In this document: piece after piece, positions 39,430 through 49,729 of the stretch
Position numbering within the stretch: the stretch's first letter is position 1
How the letters are laid out: every line of letters begins with the position of its first letter
Assembly (NCBI GenBank): GCA_048213135.1
Contig: PS015010.1
Location: forward strand, 1,612,001-1,676,000
Source of the DNA: Reclinomonas americana ATCC 50394
Lineage: Eukaryota
Length of the DNA stretch: 64,000 nucleotides
Reading direction: 5' to 3'
The notes under the pieces: generated by a model
What the model was told of the DNA's origin: nothing
The model's database searches: none
What the model saw: only the letters and a program-made list of their open reading frames with translations
Position numbers and translations under genes: made by a program

Positions 39430-41082
39430 TTAGAAATTCATTTTAACGCCACCTACGAGGTTAAGTCCCAGCACCTCATAATTGTGCCAGCGCTCGTATT
39501 TGTTGTTGAGAATATTGTTCACATCCAGCCAGGCGCTGATGTTTTTAGTGAATTTGAACTCCGCTCCGGCGCTAAGGTCGGTACCCGGACTGAACACCCT
39601 GCTCACATTACCTTTATCCAGGTAGTGGCCGCCTCCGAAAGCGTAAAAATCAGCTTTCAGCAATACCTGTTTGAAGGCCCACCACCTTACAGCGGCATTA
39701 AATTCCATGGGTATGGTGTTCCAGGCTTTGGCGTTGCTTTTCATTCCTGTATAACCATTGAAAGTAATACCGGCCGTAGCGGTGAATTTATCCTGGTTGA
39801 TGTAGCTGATGTCGCCATGCACCCTCAGGTTGTTCACTTTGGTTTCATTGCTGATGAGGAACGCTTTGTTGTCGGTTACCGTATCGTTGATGAAGAAGGG
39901 CAGGTCATTATAAGTCACCCATCCCACTTTCGCATTCACATTGAAGTGTTTGGCCACCGTCAGTTTAACACCACCATAGTATTCCACTTCCTTTGTATTC
40001 TGTTGAGAGGTTACCGGCTTCAGGTAAGGGTTAATGTACATCAGGTTGCGGAAGGTATTCTTGGTATACTTACCTACCCAGCCTGCCTGCACGCTGAACA
40101 CATTCTCCTGCACCTGTGCTTCTGCATATACATTGGGCAGCCATACAAATTTGCCGTTGTCCCAGGTAGGGATCAATCCGCCGTTGAAACTGAAACGCGG
40201 TGTAATAAAGGCCAGTGATGGCGCTACCTGTATGATATTGTTGTTGATCGTAACATTATTCGGGATCAGCCCTTTTGTTGTATACCGGGTAATGTCAGCC
40301 TTTGCAGCCACTTTAATGGCAAACACATCGCCGAAGCGTTTTTCAACCGGCGCATCAATTACGATGGATGTTTCCGATGCTTTGTCTCTCAATGTAAAAT
40401 TGGAGGCCTCTACAGACGGGTTATAATGTATGTTATACGCTCCTGCTACCGTATTGCGTACCCCCGCTTTCAGCGCCACATCAACAAACTGCTGCCTCAC
40501 ATCACTTTTACTGTAATTGAATAACGACTGGTCATAACCATACAGGTTGTAATCGTAATGACGGAATTTAACGCCTGCATATATTTCATTCTTCGGCAGG
40601 AAATAACTGAGGTTGGCATTGGCGTTCAGTTGTGCATATTGCTGGTATTTGATCTTGCCTTTTGAACTGATGTAGTCGGCGTAGATATTGGCCAGCACTT
40701 TTTTTCCATCGCCAAAACTGAACCCTGCCGCGGCATAAGGCGTGGCGAAGTTACCGTAGCCCAGTTTTACGAAATTGCGTTGCCCCAGGTACAGGTTGGT
40801 ATCCTGCTGCAGTGCCAGCGGGTTCAATGCGATGGGCTGATAGCTGTAGAACAGGTTCTGTGCCGGGATGTTGTACGCCAGGCTGGGCCTTGTTGAATCA
40901 GCGGGGATATGCGATGCGGAAAAGTTGATCTTAACCGCGTTGCGTAACACTGGTTTGTAAGAAGAGGTAATGTCGATACTTGTCGTCTTCTTGGTGGTGT
41001 CGGTACGCTGTGCCGATGCCGTTACCGAAAACAGGCAGGCCGCGGCCAGGATGATATATGAATATGGGTTATTACTTTTCAT
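39430..41082 (-). CDS. Outer-membrane beta-barrel protein (TonB-dependent receptor-like)
   Basis: Signal peptide; beta-strand pattern; NNILNNKYERW; C-terminal Phe. Confidence 0.8.
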   Translation of the reverse strand: MKSNNPYSYIILAAACLFSVTASAQRTDTTKKTTSIDITSSYKPVLRNAVKINFSASHIPADSTRPSLAYNIPAQNLFYSYQPIALNPLALQQDTNLYLGQRNFVKLGYGNFATPYAAAGFSFGDGKKVLANIYADYISSKGKIKYQQYAQLNANANLSYFLPKNEIYAGVKFRHYDYNLYGYDQSLFNYSKSDVRQQFVDVALKAGVRNTVAGAYNIHYNPSVEASNFTLRDKASETSIVIDAPVEKRFGDVFAIKVAAKADITRYTTKGLIPNNVTINNNIIQVAPSLAFITPRFSFNGGLIPTWDNGKFVWLPNVYAEAQVQENVFSVQAGWVGKYTKNTFRNLMYINPYLKPVTSQQNTKEVEYYGGVKLTVAKHFNVNAKVGWVTYNDLPFFINDTVTDNKAFLISNETKVNNLRVHGDISYINQDKFTATAGITFNGYTGMKSNAKAWNTIPMEFNAAVRWWAFKQVLLKADFYAFGGGHYLDKGNVSRVFSPGTDLSAGAEFKFTKNISAWLDVNNILNNKYERWHNYEVLGLNLVGGVKMNF

Positions 41083-41116
41083 ACTTGTTGTTGCTCTTGA
41101 GTGGTGAAGGGTTGCT

Positions 41117-44100
41117 TTAATTGATCTTTGAATTGGCTTTTTCTTCTGCTATGGCGTTGTCCAGTTTCTGCTGCGCCTCATTCTTCAGTTCGGGGATCAC
41201 CGAATTTTTTGCCACGCTTTCGTAAGTGGCTTTGGCATTGAAGTAATCCTTTTGTTTCATGAAGATGTCGCCGAGCAGGATATAACTTTTAGTTACCCAA
41301 TTGTCGTAAGAGCCTGTTTCCTTAATCACTGCCAGGGCCGATTTTTCTGCCGCCGCCAGGTTGTTCATACTGAACTGGCAGTTGGCGATCTCGTAGCGGG
41401 CTTCCGCACCCCAGGCTGATTTATTGATGGCGGCGCAGGATTTGAATGAAGCGATGGCCGAAGCACAATCGTTGTTCACCTGCTGCGATTTGCCCAATAC
41501 CAGGAAGGCCACTGATTTATCATCGGTGCTGATACCTTTACGGGTGAGCAGATTTTTTGCAGCATCATTCGCCTGCGCATAATCTTTCAGCTGGTAGTAA
41601 CAGCGCACCAGTCCGCGGAGGGCTTCCAGTTGGTTATCCTGGTTAACAGCCGAAGCGTTGAGCGAAACAAAGAATTCCTTTGCTTTCGCGTAGTCCTTCA
41701 GCTCAAAATAATTGATGGTAGCCGCCTGCAAAGTGGCTTTTTCAAAATAGCGGCTCAGTCCTTTGCTGTTGACGTAAGCGTACCCCGTTACGGCATTGGC
41801 CCATTCTTTATTGCGTACATAACACTCACTGCGGAAATAATTCGCTTCAATGGCGTAGGCGCCTGTGGGGTATTGATTGAGGTAGTTGCTGAACCCGGCA
41901 ATAGCACCGGCACAGTCATTCGCGTTGTACCTGATCTCGGCAGACGTATACGTAAGAGAATCGGCTTCGCTCACAGATATGTTCTTACCATATTTACGCA
42001 TCAGCTCCACATATTCGTTGGGACGGCCATCTTCCACGTAAATGTTTTTCATAATATCCATGGCATCGTCAGCCTCGGGCGACTGCGGGTATTTCTGAAT
42101 AAGCACCTGGTAGTTGTCGAGCGCCTGTTTGTTGTTGTTGATATTATAGTAACTCAGTCCCAGTTTCATATAAGCGGCGGGTTTAAGCCCTTCCGCGTCG
42201 TTATCGGCGAGTATCTTGTTAAGATAAGGTATAGCGTCACTGAATTTTTCATCGGCGATATACGTGTTGGCAATCTCCATATTCACATCGGCCACCATAC
42301 CGCTCTGCGGGTATTGGCGGGTAAGCGTGTTCAGTGTTTTGATCTTTTCCGCCGAACTTTTCACCCCGGCGATCATCGCTTTCTGGAACAGGGCGTAATC
42401 GCTTTGCGGCAGGGCATTGCTGATCACATTATCATACATGCCATTGGCTTTGGCAAAATCGCGGTTCATGAAATAGCAGTCGGCACTGCGTACATATGCG
42501 TCCTGCTCCATAGCCGAAGCCGTAACGGAAGCTTTGGTGCTTACCTGCTCAAAGAAGCCCAGCGCCTGTTTATAATTTTCTTTCTGGAGCCAGCTGTAAC
42601 CCAGGTCGTATTTAGCGGCCGTGGCATTGGCTTCGCCCAGCGCAGGCACACCTGCCTGTGTAAAGAGCGTGAGGTAACGGATGGCCGCGTCGTAATTCCT
42701 GTTGCGGTAAGCGATCTCCCCTTTCCAGAAGTTGGCGTAAGGTGTTACGGAAGAAGCAGGCAACTGCAATGTTTTATTCAGCAGTTCTTCCGCTCTGCCC
42801 AGTTGCTGGTCGTTGATGAGTTCAACTGCACGTCCGTACAATATGCGGGGATATACTTTCTGCATGGAGGCTGTCGGCTTATCAAAGGACTCGTACAGCG
42901 AAAGCGCATCCGCGAAATTGTTGGTATTCGCCAGCAGGCTTACGAGTATTTCCCTGGCCTCAGTATCATATTCACTATTGGGATAATCTTTCAGGTATTT
43001 TTTCATTTCGGCCAGGGCAATGTCCTGGTAACCGAGTTCATAAGAAAGCTTGGCGTAGTTGAAACGGGATATCTGCTGCTGCAACGCATTGGAACTGTTG
43101 TAAGCGCAGTATTGGAAAGCCGTTCTTGCATTGGCTTTCTGGTTGGTACGCAGGTAGCAGTCGCCCAGCAGGTACATACTGTTCTGGCCCATGGAATCTT
43201 TTTCATTACTGAGCTGCTTGAACCCTTCAATGGCTTTTTCCAGCTGGTTGGCTTCATAGTAGCAGTAGCTCAGTTCATACATAACTTCTTTGGATACTTT
43301 GTCGCTGCTCTGCACATAGGATTCCAGCAATGGTTTTGCTTTGGCGAATTGCTTCTTTTCGAAGTACAACTGGCCCAGCAGCAGGTTCATTTCTTTCTGG
43401 TAGTACAGGCTGCCTCCGCGTGACAGTACGCTTTCGCCGTAGCGCAACGCATCGTCTTTCTTTCCCTGTGCATAATAGATCTCCGCGATATAATATGGCA
43501 CTACTCCTTTGTAAGCCTCCTGTGTTTCCACCAGCTTAAAGGAACGCAGGGCTTCGTTGTACTGCTTGTCGGCATAGCTGATAAAACCATAATAATAGTT
43601 GGCCGGGATGTAATACTTATTTTCCGGCAACTGGTGTATTTCATCAAACAGCGGTTTGGCCTCCGCAAATTGTTTCAGGTTAAAATAGCAATAGGCTTTC
43701 TCAAACTTGGCGTCGGCTATCTCTTCATTGGAGAGGTTATCAAGTCCTGCTTTTTCGTAATACGTAAGCGCATTGCTGAAATCGTCTTTCAGGAAATAGA
43801 ATTTGGCCAGCTGGTAACTCATCAACTGGCGGCGGGGTTCATTGTTTACCGTACTGATGTAACGCCTGGCATCGTCTTCCGCTACGTCCTGTTTCAGCCG
43901 CAGCTGGCAGCTGATATAGTAGTAGTCAACATCTTCATTGAGATAGGCGTGGTCGCTGGCGGTATTCTCAGGATACTGCGCTTTCAGTTCTTTAAGCAGC
44001 GGGTAAGCCAGCGCATATTGTTCCTGTACGTAGAAGGCTTTGGCATCTTTGTATTTTTTTTCAGGATCAGTAATGGCGTGTGTGGGTTGGGCTAAAGCTG

Positions 44101-44152
44101 AGACAGAGATCACTGCAGCGAGGTGCAGGAGTAGAAGCTTTTGTTTCATCAT
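41117..44152 (-). CDS. Large periplasmic tetratricopeptide repeat protein
   Basis: Signal peptide; about 1000 aa of TPR repeats; paired with the downstream barrel gene. Confidence 0.9.
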   Translation of the reverse strand: MMKQKLLLLHLAAVISVSALAQPTHAITDPEKKYKDAKAFYVQEQYALAYPLLKELKAQYPENTASDHAYLNEDVDYYYISCQLRLKQDVAEDDARRYISTVNNEPRRQLMSYQLAKFYFLKDDFSNALTYYEKAGLDNLSNEEIADAKFEKAYCYFNLKQFAEAKPLFDEIHQLPENKYYIPANYYYGFISYADKQYNEALRSFKLVETQEAYKGVVPYYIAEIYYAQGKKDDALRYGESVLSRGGSLYYQKEMNLLLGQLYFEKKQFAKAKPLLESYVQSSDKVSKEVMYELSYCYYEANQLEKAIEGFKQLSNEKDSMGQNSMYLLGDCYLRTNQKANARTAFQYCAYNSSNALQQQISRFNYAKLSYELGYQDIALAEMKKYLKDYPNSEYDTEAREILVSLLANTNNFADALSLYESFDKPTASMQKVYPRILYGRAVELINDQQLGRAEELLNKTLQLPASSVTPYANFWKGEIAYRNRNYDAAIRYLTLFTQAGVPALGEANATAAKYDLGYSWLQKENYKQALGFFEQVSTKASVTASAMEQDAYVRSADCYFMNRDFAKANGMYDNVISNALPQSDYALFQKAMIAGVKSSAEKIKTLNTLTRQYPQSGMVADVNMEIANTYIADEKFSDAIPYLNKILADNDAEGLKPAAYMKLGLSYYNINNNKQALDNYQVLIQKYPQSPEADDAMDIMKNIYVEDGRPNEYVELMRKYGKNISVSEADSLTYTSAEIRYNANDCAGAIAGFSNYLNQYPTGAYAIEANYFRSECYVRNKEWANAVTGYAYVNSKGLSRYFEKATLQAATINYFELKDYAKAKEFFVSLNASAVNQDNQLEALRGLVRCYYQLKDYAQANDAAKNLLTRKGISTDDKSVAFLVLGKSQQVNNDCASAIASFKSCAAINKSAWGAEARYEIANCQFSMNNLAAAEKSALAVIKETGSYDNWVTKSYILLGDIFMKQKDYFNAKATYESVAKNSVIPELKNEAQQKLDNAIAEEKANSKIN

Positions 44153-44352
44153 TTTGTTTGTTGCTGTCATTTTTGCGGGTTACAAAATTACACTTGTTGC
44201 TCTCTGCACAAACATCGTTCCAATCCGATTGTGCATAAGTGGATAACTGCTGTAAACAAAACGAATGTATTTTTAGATTGCTGTTAATAAAATGATAAAA
44301 CATTTCTATTTTGCAAAAACAAAATGCATCTAACAACAATCAACTACAACAA

Positions 44353-44760
44353 ATGAAAAAATTATTTTCTGCAAACTATTCTGCCGGCGCATTCAACACT
44401 GCTATGCTGGTGCTGAGGCTTGGCTTTGGTATTTTAATGATCAACCATGGTTACAGCAAGCTCATTCACTTTGGTGAAATGCGCAACCAGTTCATGAGTT
44501 TCATGGGCATGGGAAGCAGCATGAGCCTGGCCCTTGTGGTATTCGCCGAGTTCTTTTGCTCGCTGTTCCTCATCCTTGGACTGTTCACCCGTTTTGCTAC
44601 CATCCCGCTTATTATTACCATGTGCGTGGCTTTGTTCAAAGCACACAATGGCGACTTTTTTGGCGACGGACAGGTAGCCGCACTCTTCCTTACCGGTTAT
44701 GTAGCCCTGTTGCTGGTGGGCCCGGGCAAGATCAGTGTTGACAGTATGATCGGCAAATAA
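44353..44760 (+). CDS. DoxX family membrane protein
   Basis: LRLGFG..MINHGYSKL, AEFFCS..LILGLFTR, GPGKISVD. Confidence 0.92.
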   Translation: MKKLFSANYSAGAFNTAMLVLRLGFGILMINHGYSKLIHFGEMRNQFMSFMGMGSSMSLALVVFAEFFCSLFLILGLFTRFATIPLIITMCVALFKAHNGDFFGDGQVAALFLTGYVALLLVGPGKISVDSMIGK

Positions 44761-44782
44761 AAATCCTGTTAAAATTTTTCAT

Positions 44783-45340
44783 ATGAAGAAAACGGATGCC
44801 ATACAACTGGTGGTAATCGTTCTTGCATTGCTCAGCGCTTTCAAATGTATTGAAGCGGGATCTACCTTTATTATTTATATGATCATGTGGTTTGAAGGCT
44901 CTGGCGCTGAGGTCAGAACACAAAGTATCCTGGTCACCAGCATCCTTTCACTGGCCGCCTACCTTCTTCTCGCTATTTATGGCATCAGGAATTCTGGGAA
45001 GATCGCGGAACTCATTGGGGCCAGGGCCTCAGCCAGTCCTACCGCCGCTTTCCAGCTCAGCCTGAAAGAAATGCTCTATCTTACCTGTACGGGTATCGCT
45101 ATCTATGGCATTATTACTTCTGTTCCCGGTTTTACCGGTAACCTGTATGAGTACCTTACCAGCAATAATGACGGGCCTTATAAATTCAATCTCACTTTTA
45201 ACAGGAACGCTATCATCAGGGAAGGTATGTCAGCCGGACTGTCGGTTATCCTGCTGATCTATTCACAAACTTTTGCCGACATGCTTTACGAAAGGATAGA
45301 TAACCGGCAACACAACCAGCATTCCATTGATCCCCAATAA
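44783..45340 (+). CDS. Hypothetical membrane protein
   Basis: 185 aa ORF with about 4 TM segments. Confidence 0.65.
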   Translation: MKKTDAIQLVVIVLALLSAFKCIEAGSTFIIYMIMWFEGSGAEVRTQSILVTSILSLAAYLLLAIYGIRNSGKIAELIGARASASPTAAFQLSLKEMLYLTCTGIAIYGIITSVPGFTGNLYEYLTSNNDGPYKFNLTFNRNAIIREGMSAGLSVILLIYSQTFADMLYERIDNRQHNQHSIDPQ

Positions 45341-45342
45341 TT

Positions 45343-45750
45343 ATGTTCATTACAGAAACACAGATACGTATACACTACGCCCTCACCGACCAGATGGGCG
45401 TAGTGTATTATGGGCATTATGCCCAGTTTTACGAGATCGGCAGAACGGAAGCCATCCGCCAGATCGGGTATACCTATAAAGAGATTGAAGCGCTCGGCAT
45501 CATTATGCCCGTGGTAGATATTCACAGCCGTTTCCTGCGGCCCGCCAAATATGATGACCTGATCACGGTAAAGACCACGCTGAAAGAGATGCCGGTGAAT
45601 TCGAAGATCGTTTTTCACGCGGAAATCTATAACCAGCAGGATGAACTGCTGAATACCGGTGAAGTGACCCTCTTTTTTATTGATGCGAAAACGATGAAAC
45701 GCTGCGAAATGCCGCTGCCTTTACAGGAAAAACTTCGCCATTATTTCTAG
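45343..45750 (+). CDS. Acyl-CoA thioesterase (YbgC/4HBT family)
   Basis: TDQMGVVYYGHYAQFYEIGRTE, PAKYDDLI. Confidence 0.92.
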   Translation: MFITETQIRIHYALTDQMGVVYYGHYAQFYEIGRTEAIRQIGYTYKEIEALGIIMPVVDIHSRFLRPAKYDDLITVKTTLKEMPVNSKIVFHAEIYNQQDELLNTGEVTLFFIDAKTMKRCEMPLPLQEKLRHYF

Positions 45751-45792
45751 ATTCGCCCTCCTATGCTTTCGCTTTGATTTTTGAATTCCCCT

Positions 45793-46221
45793 CTACGCCC
45801 TGTGATGATCTGCCCGCCAGTTCTGTACCGCCATTTTAATATCTTTCTGTGACAGTTTTTCATTCACCGCACGTTCCGCCAGTGCAGGCATTTCCGCATC
45901 GGAAGCGAAACGCAGGGCTATGATCTGCCGCATACGCAGCCGGCTGTCGAATGGTTTGCCGGTAAGGAGGTAATGCCTGAAATTTTCTTCCGCACGTATG
46001 GCCCTGTCCTGCGCCTTCAGCGCGAAACTGCGGCCATAAAAACTGGCGAGTATGGAAGCCAGCGTAAGGACTACCAGCAGCGAGGCGGAGTACAGGTTCT
46101 CATGCGAGGAATTGACCAGGTTAACGATGGCGCCAACCAGTACCGCTACGAACATGCCGTATACAACAAAATGATATACGGGCACAATACGGCTGTGATT
46201 TTTAAAATTTTGTTCTGACAT
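45793..46221 (-). CDS. DUF6526-like membrane protein
   Basis: QNFKNH, QDRAIRAEENFR, ALRFASD, WRADHHR. Confidence 0.75.
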   Translation of the reverse strand: MSEQNFKNHSRIVPVYHFVVYGMFVAVLVGAIVNLVNSSHENLYSASLLVVLTLASILASFYGRSFALKAQDRAIRAEENFRHYLLTGKPFDSRLRMRQIIALRFASDAEMPALAERAVNEKLSQKDIKMAVQNWRADHHRA

Positions 46222-46251
46222 AAGGAGGGTTTTATTTTGGTTATGATAAAG

Positions 46252-47655
46252 TTATTTTAAAATATCCAGCAGCTTCCACAGTTTTTCACGCACCGTTCCG
46301 GGGCTGCCATCAAAATTGTTGACGATAAGGGAAAAGGAATATTCTGCACCCGTCTTACTTTTTATATAACCGGTATAGCTTCTTACACCGCCGATATAAC
46401 CGTCTTTCATTTTAATGCCATTCATTTCGGGCAGGGCATCGTAAAACGCGGAGAACCAGTTTTGTTTACGGGCATACAACAGTACTTCAGCCAGCGCATG
46501 GGTAGTGACCCTGTTGGCCGGCGACAGCCCGCTGCCGTCGAGTATATGCAGGGCGCCGGGGTCGATGCCCTTTGCTTTCCACAGGCTCTTCACCTGGGTC
46601 AACCCTTTTTCCGTGTCAAATACTTTGGATTTTTCCAACCCGATAGCCTTTACCAGGGCTTCGCCATACAGGTTCACACTTTTTTTCAGGAACCAGTAAC
46701 AGATACTGTCGAGGGGCGGGGAATAATAGGTATTGAATAATTTTCCTTTTGCACTGTCGTTGTTGAAAACGCTGGAAGTAAGCGCCGTATTGATCTCGAT
46801 AAACCCGGCTTTCGAGAGAAAAAGATTGGCTTCATACCAGAGGAAACGGTTGGGATCCGGGACAGCGCCTGAGATGGTAAACTCCCCTCCCATGGGAATG
46901 GTACCCGACACCAGGCCCGGCATGCCGTTCAGTCCCTGGAAAATATAGGCATTGTCGCCTGTACCCTTTGCCGCGGTGAGCAACTGGTTATTAAAAACAA
47001 GCCCTGTTTCCTGCGGAACCGTACGCAGCAACTTCGCCGGTTTGCCTGTTGCACTGCCGGGCTCCAGGATCATATCGTACTGGTTTTCGTGCCAGTTCAC
47101 CCGGGCGGCCCCGGCACCATAATAGTTGCCGATATCTTCCCATATCCATCCGTCGGGTATTACACCGGTTGTGACGGGGGCTATATTGATACCGTTGGTC
47201 GTTACCCTTATTCCTTTTGCCTGCAGGTCTTTGACCACATTTCTAAAAAAGGCGTCGTCTTTCGTTGAGCCGTAACGCCAGCTGCCAAGCGTGGGGTCTC
47301 CATTACCTTCTATAAACAAGCCGCCCACCAGGGTTTCATTGCGTACCTGCCCGTCGAGGTAAACTTTGGTGGCATAGCGGTAGTTTTTGCCCAGCAGTTC
47401 AAAAGCACTCGCCGCCGTGATCACTTTCTGGCAACTGGCCGGGGCCAGGCCGGTTTCGCTGTTCTTCTCAAAAACAGGGAGCCCCGTTTTGCTGTCGGCC
47501 ACATAAAAGCCGACAATAGCATGTGTGAACTGGCTGTCTTTTTCCAGCTTTTGCAAGGCAGCGGAAAGTTGCTGTTGTACCGTTTGTGCTTTCGCGATAG
47601 TAGCAAAAGAAAAAAACGTTAAACCAAGGAGAAATTTCGCAGGATTATACATCAT
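46252..47655 (-). CDS. dacB: D-alanyl-D-alanine carboxypeptidase/endopeptidase (PBP4, S13)
   Basis: PASCQK (SxxK), GDPTLG, KSVN (SxN), DGSGLS, KDG. Confidence 0.9.
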   Translation of the reverse strand: MMYNPAKFLLGLTFFSFATIAKAQTVQQQLSAALQKLEKDSQFTHAIVGFYVADSKTGLPVFEKNSETGLAPASCQKVITAASAFELLGKNYRYATKVYLDGQVRNETLVGGLFIEGNGDPTLGSWRYGSTKDDAFFRNVVKDLQAKGIRVTTNGINIAPVTTGVIPDGWIWEDIGNYYGAGAARVNWHENQYDMILEPGSATGKPAKLLRTVPQETGLVFNNQLLTAAKGTGDNAYIFQGLNGMPGLVSGTIPMGGEFTISGAVPDPNRFLWYEANLFLSKAGFIEINTALTSSVFNNDSAKGKLFNTYYSPPLDSICYWFLKKSVNLYGEALVKAIGLEKSKVFDTEKGLTQVKSLWKAKGIDPGALHILDGSGLSPANRVTTHALAEVLLYARKQNWFSAFYDALPEMNGIKMKDGYIGGVRSYTGYIKSKTGAEYSFSLIVNNFDGSPGTVREKLWKLLDILK

Positions 47656-47697
47656 GCGTCAAAGCTAAAAGAATTAATTTTGATAGAAACAATCCGT

Positions 47698-48309
47698 ATG
47701 AAAGAAGAGGAAGAAGATATTCATGAAGTGAGAGAACCTGCAGTCAGCTACAGGCGTATGAACGAAGAAGCCTACCTGGAATGGGAAAGTACGTCCACCG
47801 ACAAGCACGAATATTACCGTGGAGAAGTATTTGCCATGGCCGGGGCCTCAACTGCCCACCTGCACATTTCTTCAAATGTACTTATTATGCTGGGTATGCA
47901 ATTAAAAGGTAAGGATTGCTTTCCCTTTGGCTCTGATCTCCGGGTTCATATTCCCAAAAATACATTGTATACTTATCCAGACATTACTATTGTTTGTGAT
48001 GAAATGGAAACTATCAACGACGGCGAATGCGATAACCTCCTGAACCCTTCCGTCATTATTGAGATATTATCGAAGTCAACCAGGAAGTATGACCAGGGGT
48101 TGAAATTCAACCTGTATAAAGATATCGCATCCCTTCAGGAATATATACTCATCGATTCCGAAAAAGTGGCTGTTCAGCAATTCATCCGCGATGATCATAA
48201 CAACTGGTCACTCACCCGGTACCAGTCATCCGAAGATAGTTTTACCATAAAGCAGGTCAATGCCACATTATCGATATCCGGTGTTTATGAGCGCACCCGT
48301 CTTCTTTAA
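47698..48309 (+). CDS. Uma2 family endonuclease
   Basis: EYYRGEVFAMAGAS..H, YPDITIVC, IEILSKST, EYILID. Confidence 0.9.
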   Translation: MKEEEEDIHEVREPAVSYRRMNEEAYLEWESTSTDKHEYYRGEVFAMAGASTAHLHISSNVLIMLGMQLKGKDCFPFGSDLRVHIPKNTLYTYPDITIVCDEMETINDGECDNLLNPSVIIEILSKSTRKYDQGLKFNLYKDIASLQEYILIDSEKVAVQQFIRDDHNNWSLTRYQSSEDSFTIKQVNATLSISGVYERTRLL

Positions 48310-48348
48310 TGTTTTAACCGCTAATTTTGCCGGGCAAAACAGGAAGGA

Positions 48349-49599
48349 ATGATAAAGGCATCCATCATCACCATTGGCGACGAACTCCTGATCGGCCAGG
48401 TGATCGATACCAACAGCGCCTGGATGGCGCAGCAACTCAATAAAGCAGGCATAACCATTACCCGTCGCGTAGCCGTTGGCGATGCCGGGGATGACATCCG
48501 CAAAGCACTGGATGAAGAACAGCATAATGCTGATATACTCCTGCTTACCGGCGGACTGGGTCCTACTGCGGACGATATCACCAAACAGCTGCTCTGCGAC
48601 TATTTTGGCGGCCATATGATCATCAATGAAGAAGCCAGGCAGAATGTGATCCATATCTTCAACCGGCTGAACCGCCCCATGATAGAAAGGAACCTGAAGC
48701 AGGCCGAAGTGCCCGACAACTGTATCGTTATTCCCAACAAAAGGGGAACAGCACCGGGGATGTGGTTTGACCAAAAAGGAAAAATTTTTGTGAGCATGCC
48801 GGGTGTACCCCACGAAATGAAGGGCATGATGGAAAATGATGTGATACCCCGCCTGCAGCAGCAGTTCAATATGGGGCATATCGTTCACCACACCCTGCTC
48901 ACCGCGGGGGTAGGCGAATCTTTCCTTGCCGACCTTATCAGCGATTTTGAGAACAATCTTCCCGCAAATATCCGCCTGGCCTACCTGCCCAACTACGGCA
49001 TGGTCAGGTTACGTTTATCCGGCACCGGTAGCGACCGGGAAGCCGTGGAACAGGATACCGCCAGCCATTTTCAAACCCTGCAGCAACTGGTGAAGGATTA
49101 CCTGGTAACCAATAAAGATGAACCCATGGAACAGGTCATCGGCCGGGTGCTGGCGGCCCGCGGCAAAACCATGTGTACTGCCGAAAGTTGTACCGGTGGC
49201 TATATCGCTCACATTATTACCGCTATCCCGGGTTCATCCAAATACTATGATGGCAGCGTGGTCACCTATTCCTATAAAGCCAAAGAAGACCTGCTGGGCG
49301 TGGCCCATGATACCCTTACTGAACAAGGCGCTGTAAGTGAGGCCGTGGTAAAGGAAATGGCCAGGGGTGCCCTGGAACGCATAGGCTCTGATTACGTGGT
49401 GGCTGTATCGGGTATTATGGGACCCGGCGGCGGCATGCCCGGCAAACCCACCGGCACTGTATGGGTGGCTTACGGCAATAAAGAAAAGGTGGAAACACAG
49501 CTGCTCTCCTTCCGGTTCGACAGGGAACGCAATATCCAGCTTACAGCGGTAAATGCATTGAACCTGCTGCGGAAATTCATACTGGCAGGCGATTCCTGA
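48349..49599 (+). CDS. cinA: CinA family competence/damage-inducible protein (NMN deamidase)
   Basis: IGDELLIGQVIDTN, GGLGPTADD, AESCTGG, SGIMGPGGG. Confidence 0.93.
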   Translation: MIKASIITIGDELLIGQVIDTNSAWMAQQLNKAGITITRRVAVGDAGDDIRKALDEEQHNADILLLTGGLGPTADDITKQLLCDYFGGHMIINEEARQNVIHIFNRLNRPMIERNLKQAEVPDNCIVIPNKRGTAPGMWFDQKGKIFVSMPGVPHEMKGMMENDVIPRLQQQFNMGHIVHHTLLTAGVGESFLADLISDFENNLPANIRLAYLPNYGMVRLRLSGTGSDREAVEQDTASHFQTLQQLVKDYLVTNKDEPMEQVIGRVLAARGKTMCTAESCTGGYIAHIITAIPGSSKYYDGSVVTYSYKAKEDLLGVAHDTLTEQGAVSEAVVKEMARGALERIGSDYVVAVSGIMGPGGGMPGKPTGTVWVAYGNKEKVETQLLSFRFDRERNIQLTAVNALNLLRKFILAGDS

Positions 49600-49627
49600 A
49601 TTAGCACACCGATTAAGGGGAAATAGT

Positions 49628-49635
49628 TACCTTTG
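49628..49635 (+). promoter_or_regulatory. sigma70 -7 element (TACCTTTG) for the E2 gene; ~90-nt leader with a TGCCTGCA/TGCAGGCA hairpin
   Basis: Consensus TAnnTTTG match upstream of ATG 49730. Confidence 0.6.
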
Positions 49636-49729
49636 CCCATTCTTAAAACAATGCCTGCATTGCCCGGTTGTTACCGCCTGCAGGCAGTATACGATTGCTT
49701 GTAACCAAAAACATTTCTAAAATTATTGT

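Noticed and set aside
41630-43423. 597-aa + strand ORF
   Set aside because: Antisense shadow of the TPR gene with no recognisable motifs; the same applies to 30405-31586, 15916-16974, 28250-29320 and 49910-50968.
44230-44247. DnaA-box-like sites (TGTGCATAA, AGTGGATAA); similar near 56737
   Set aside because: Too few boxes and no origin-type gene context to call oriC.
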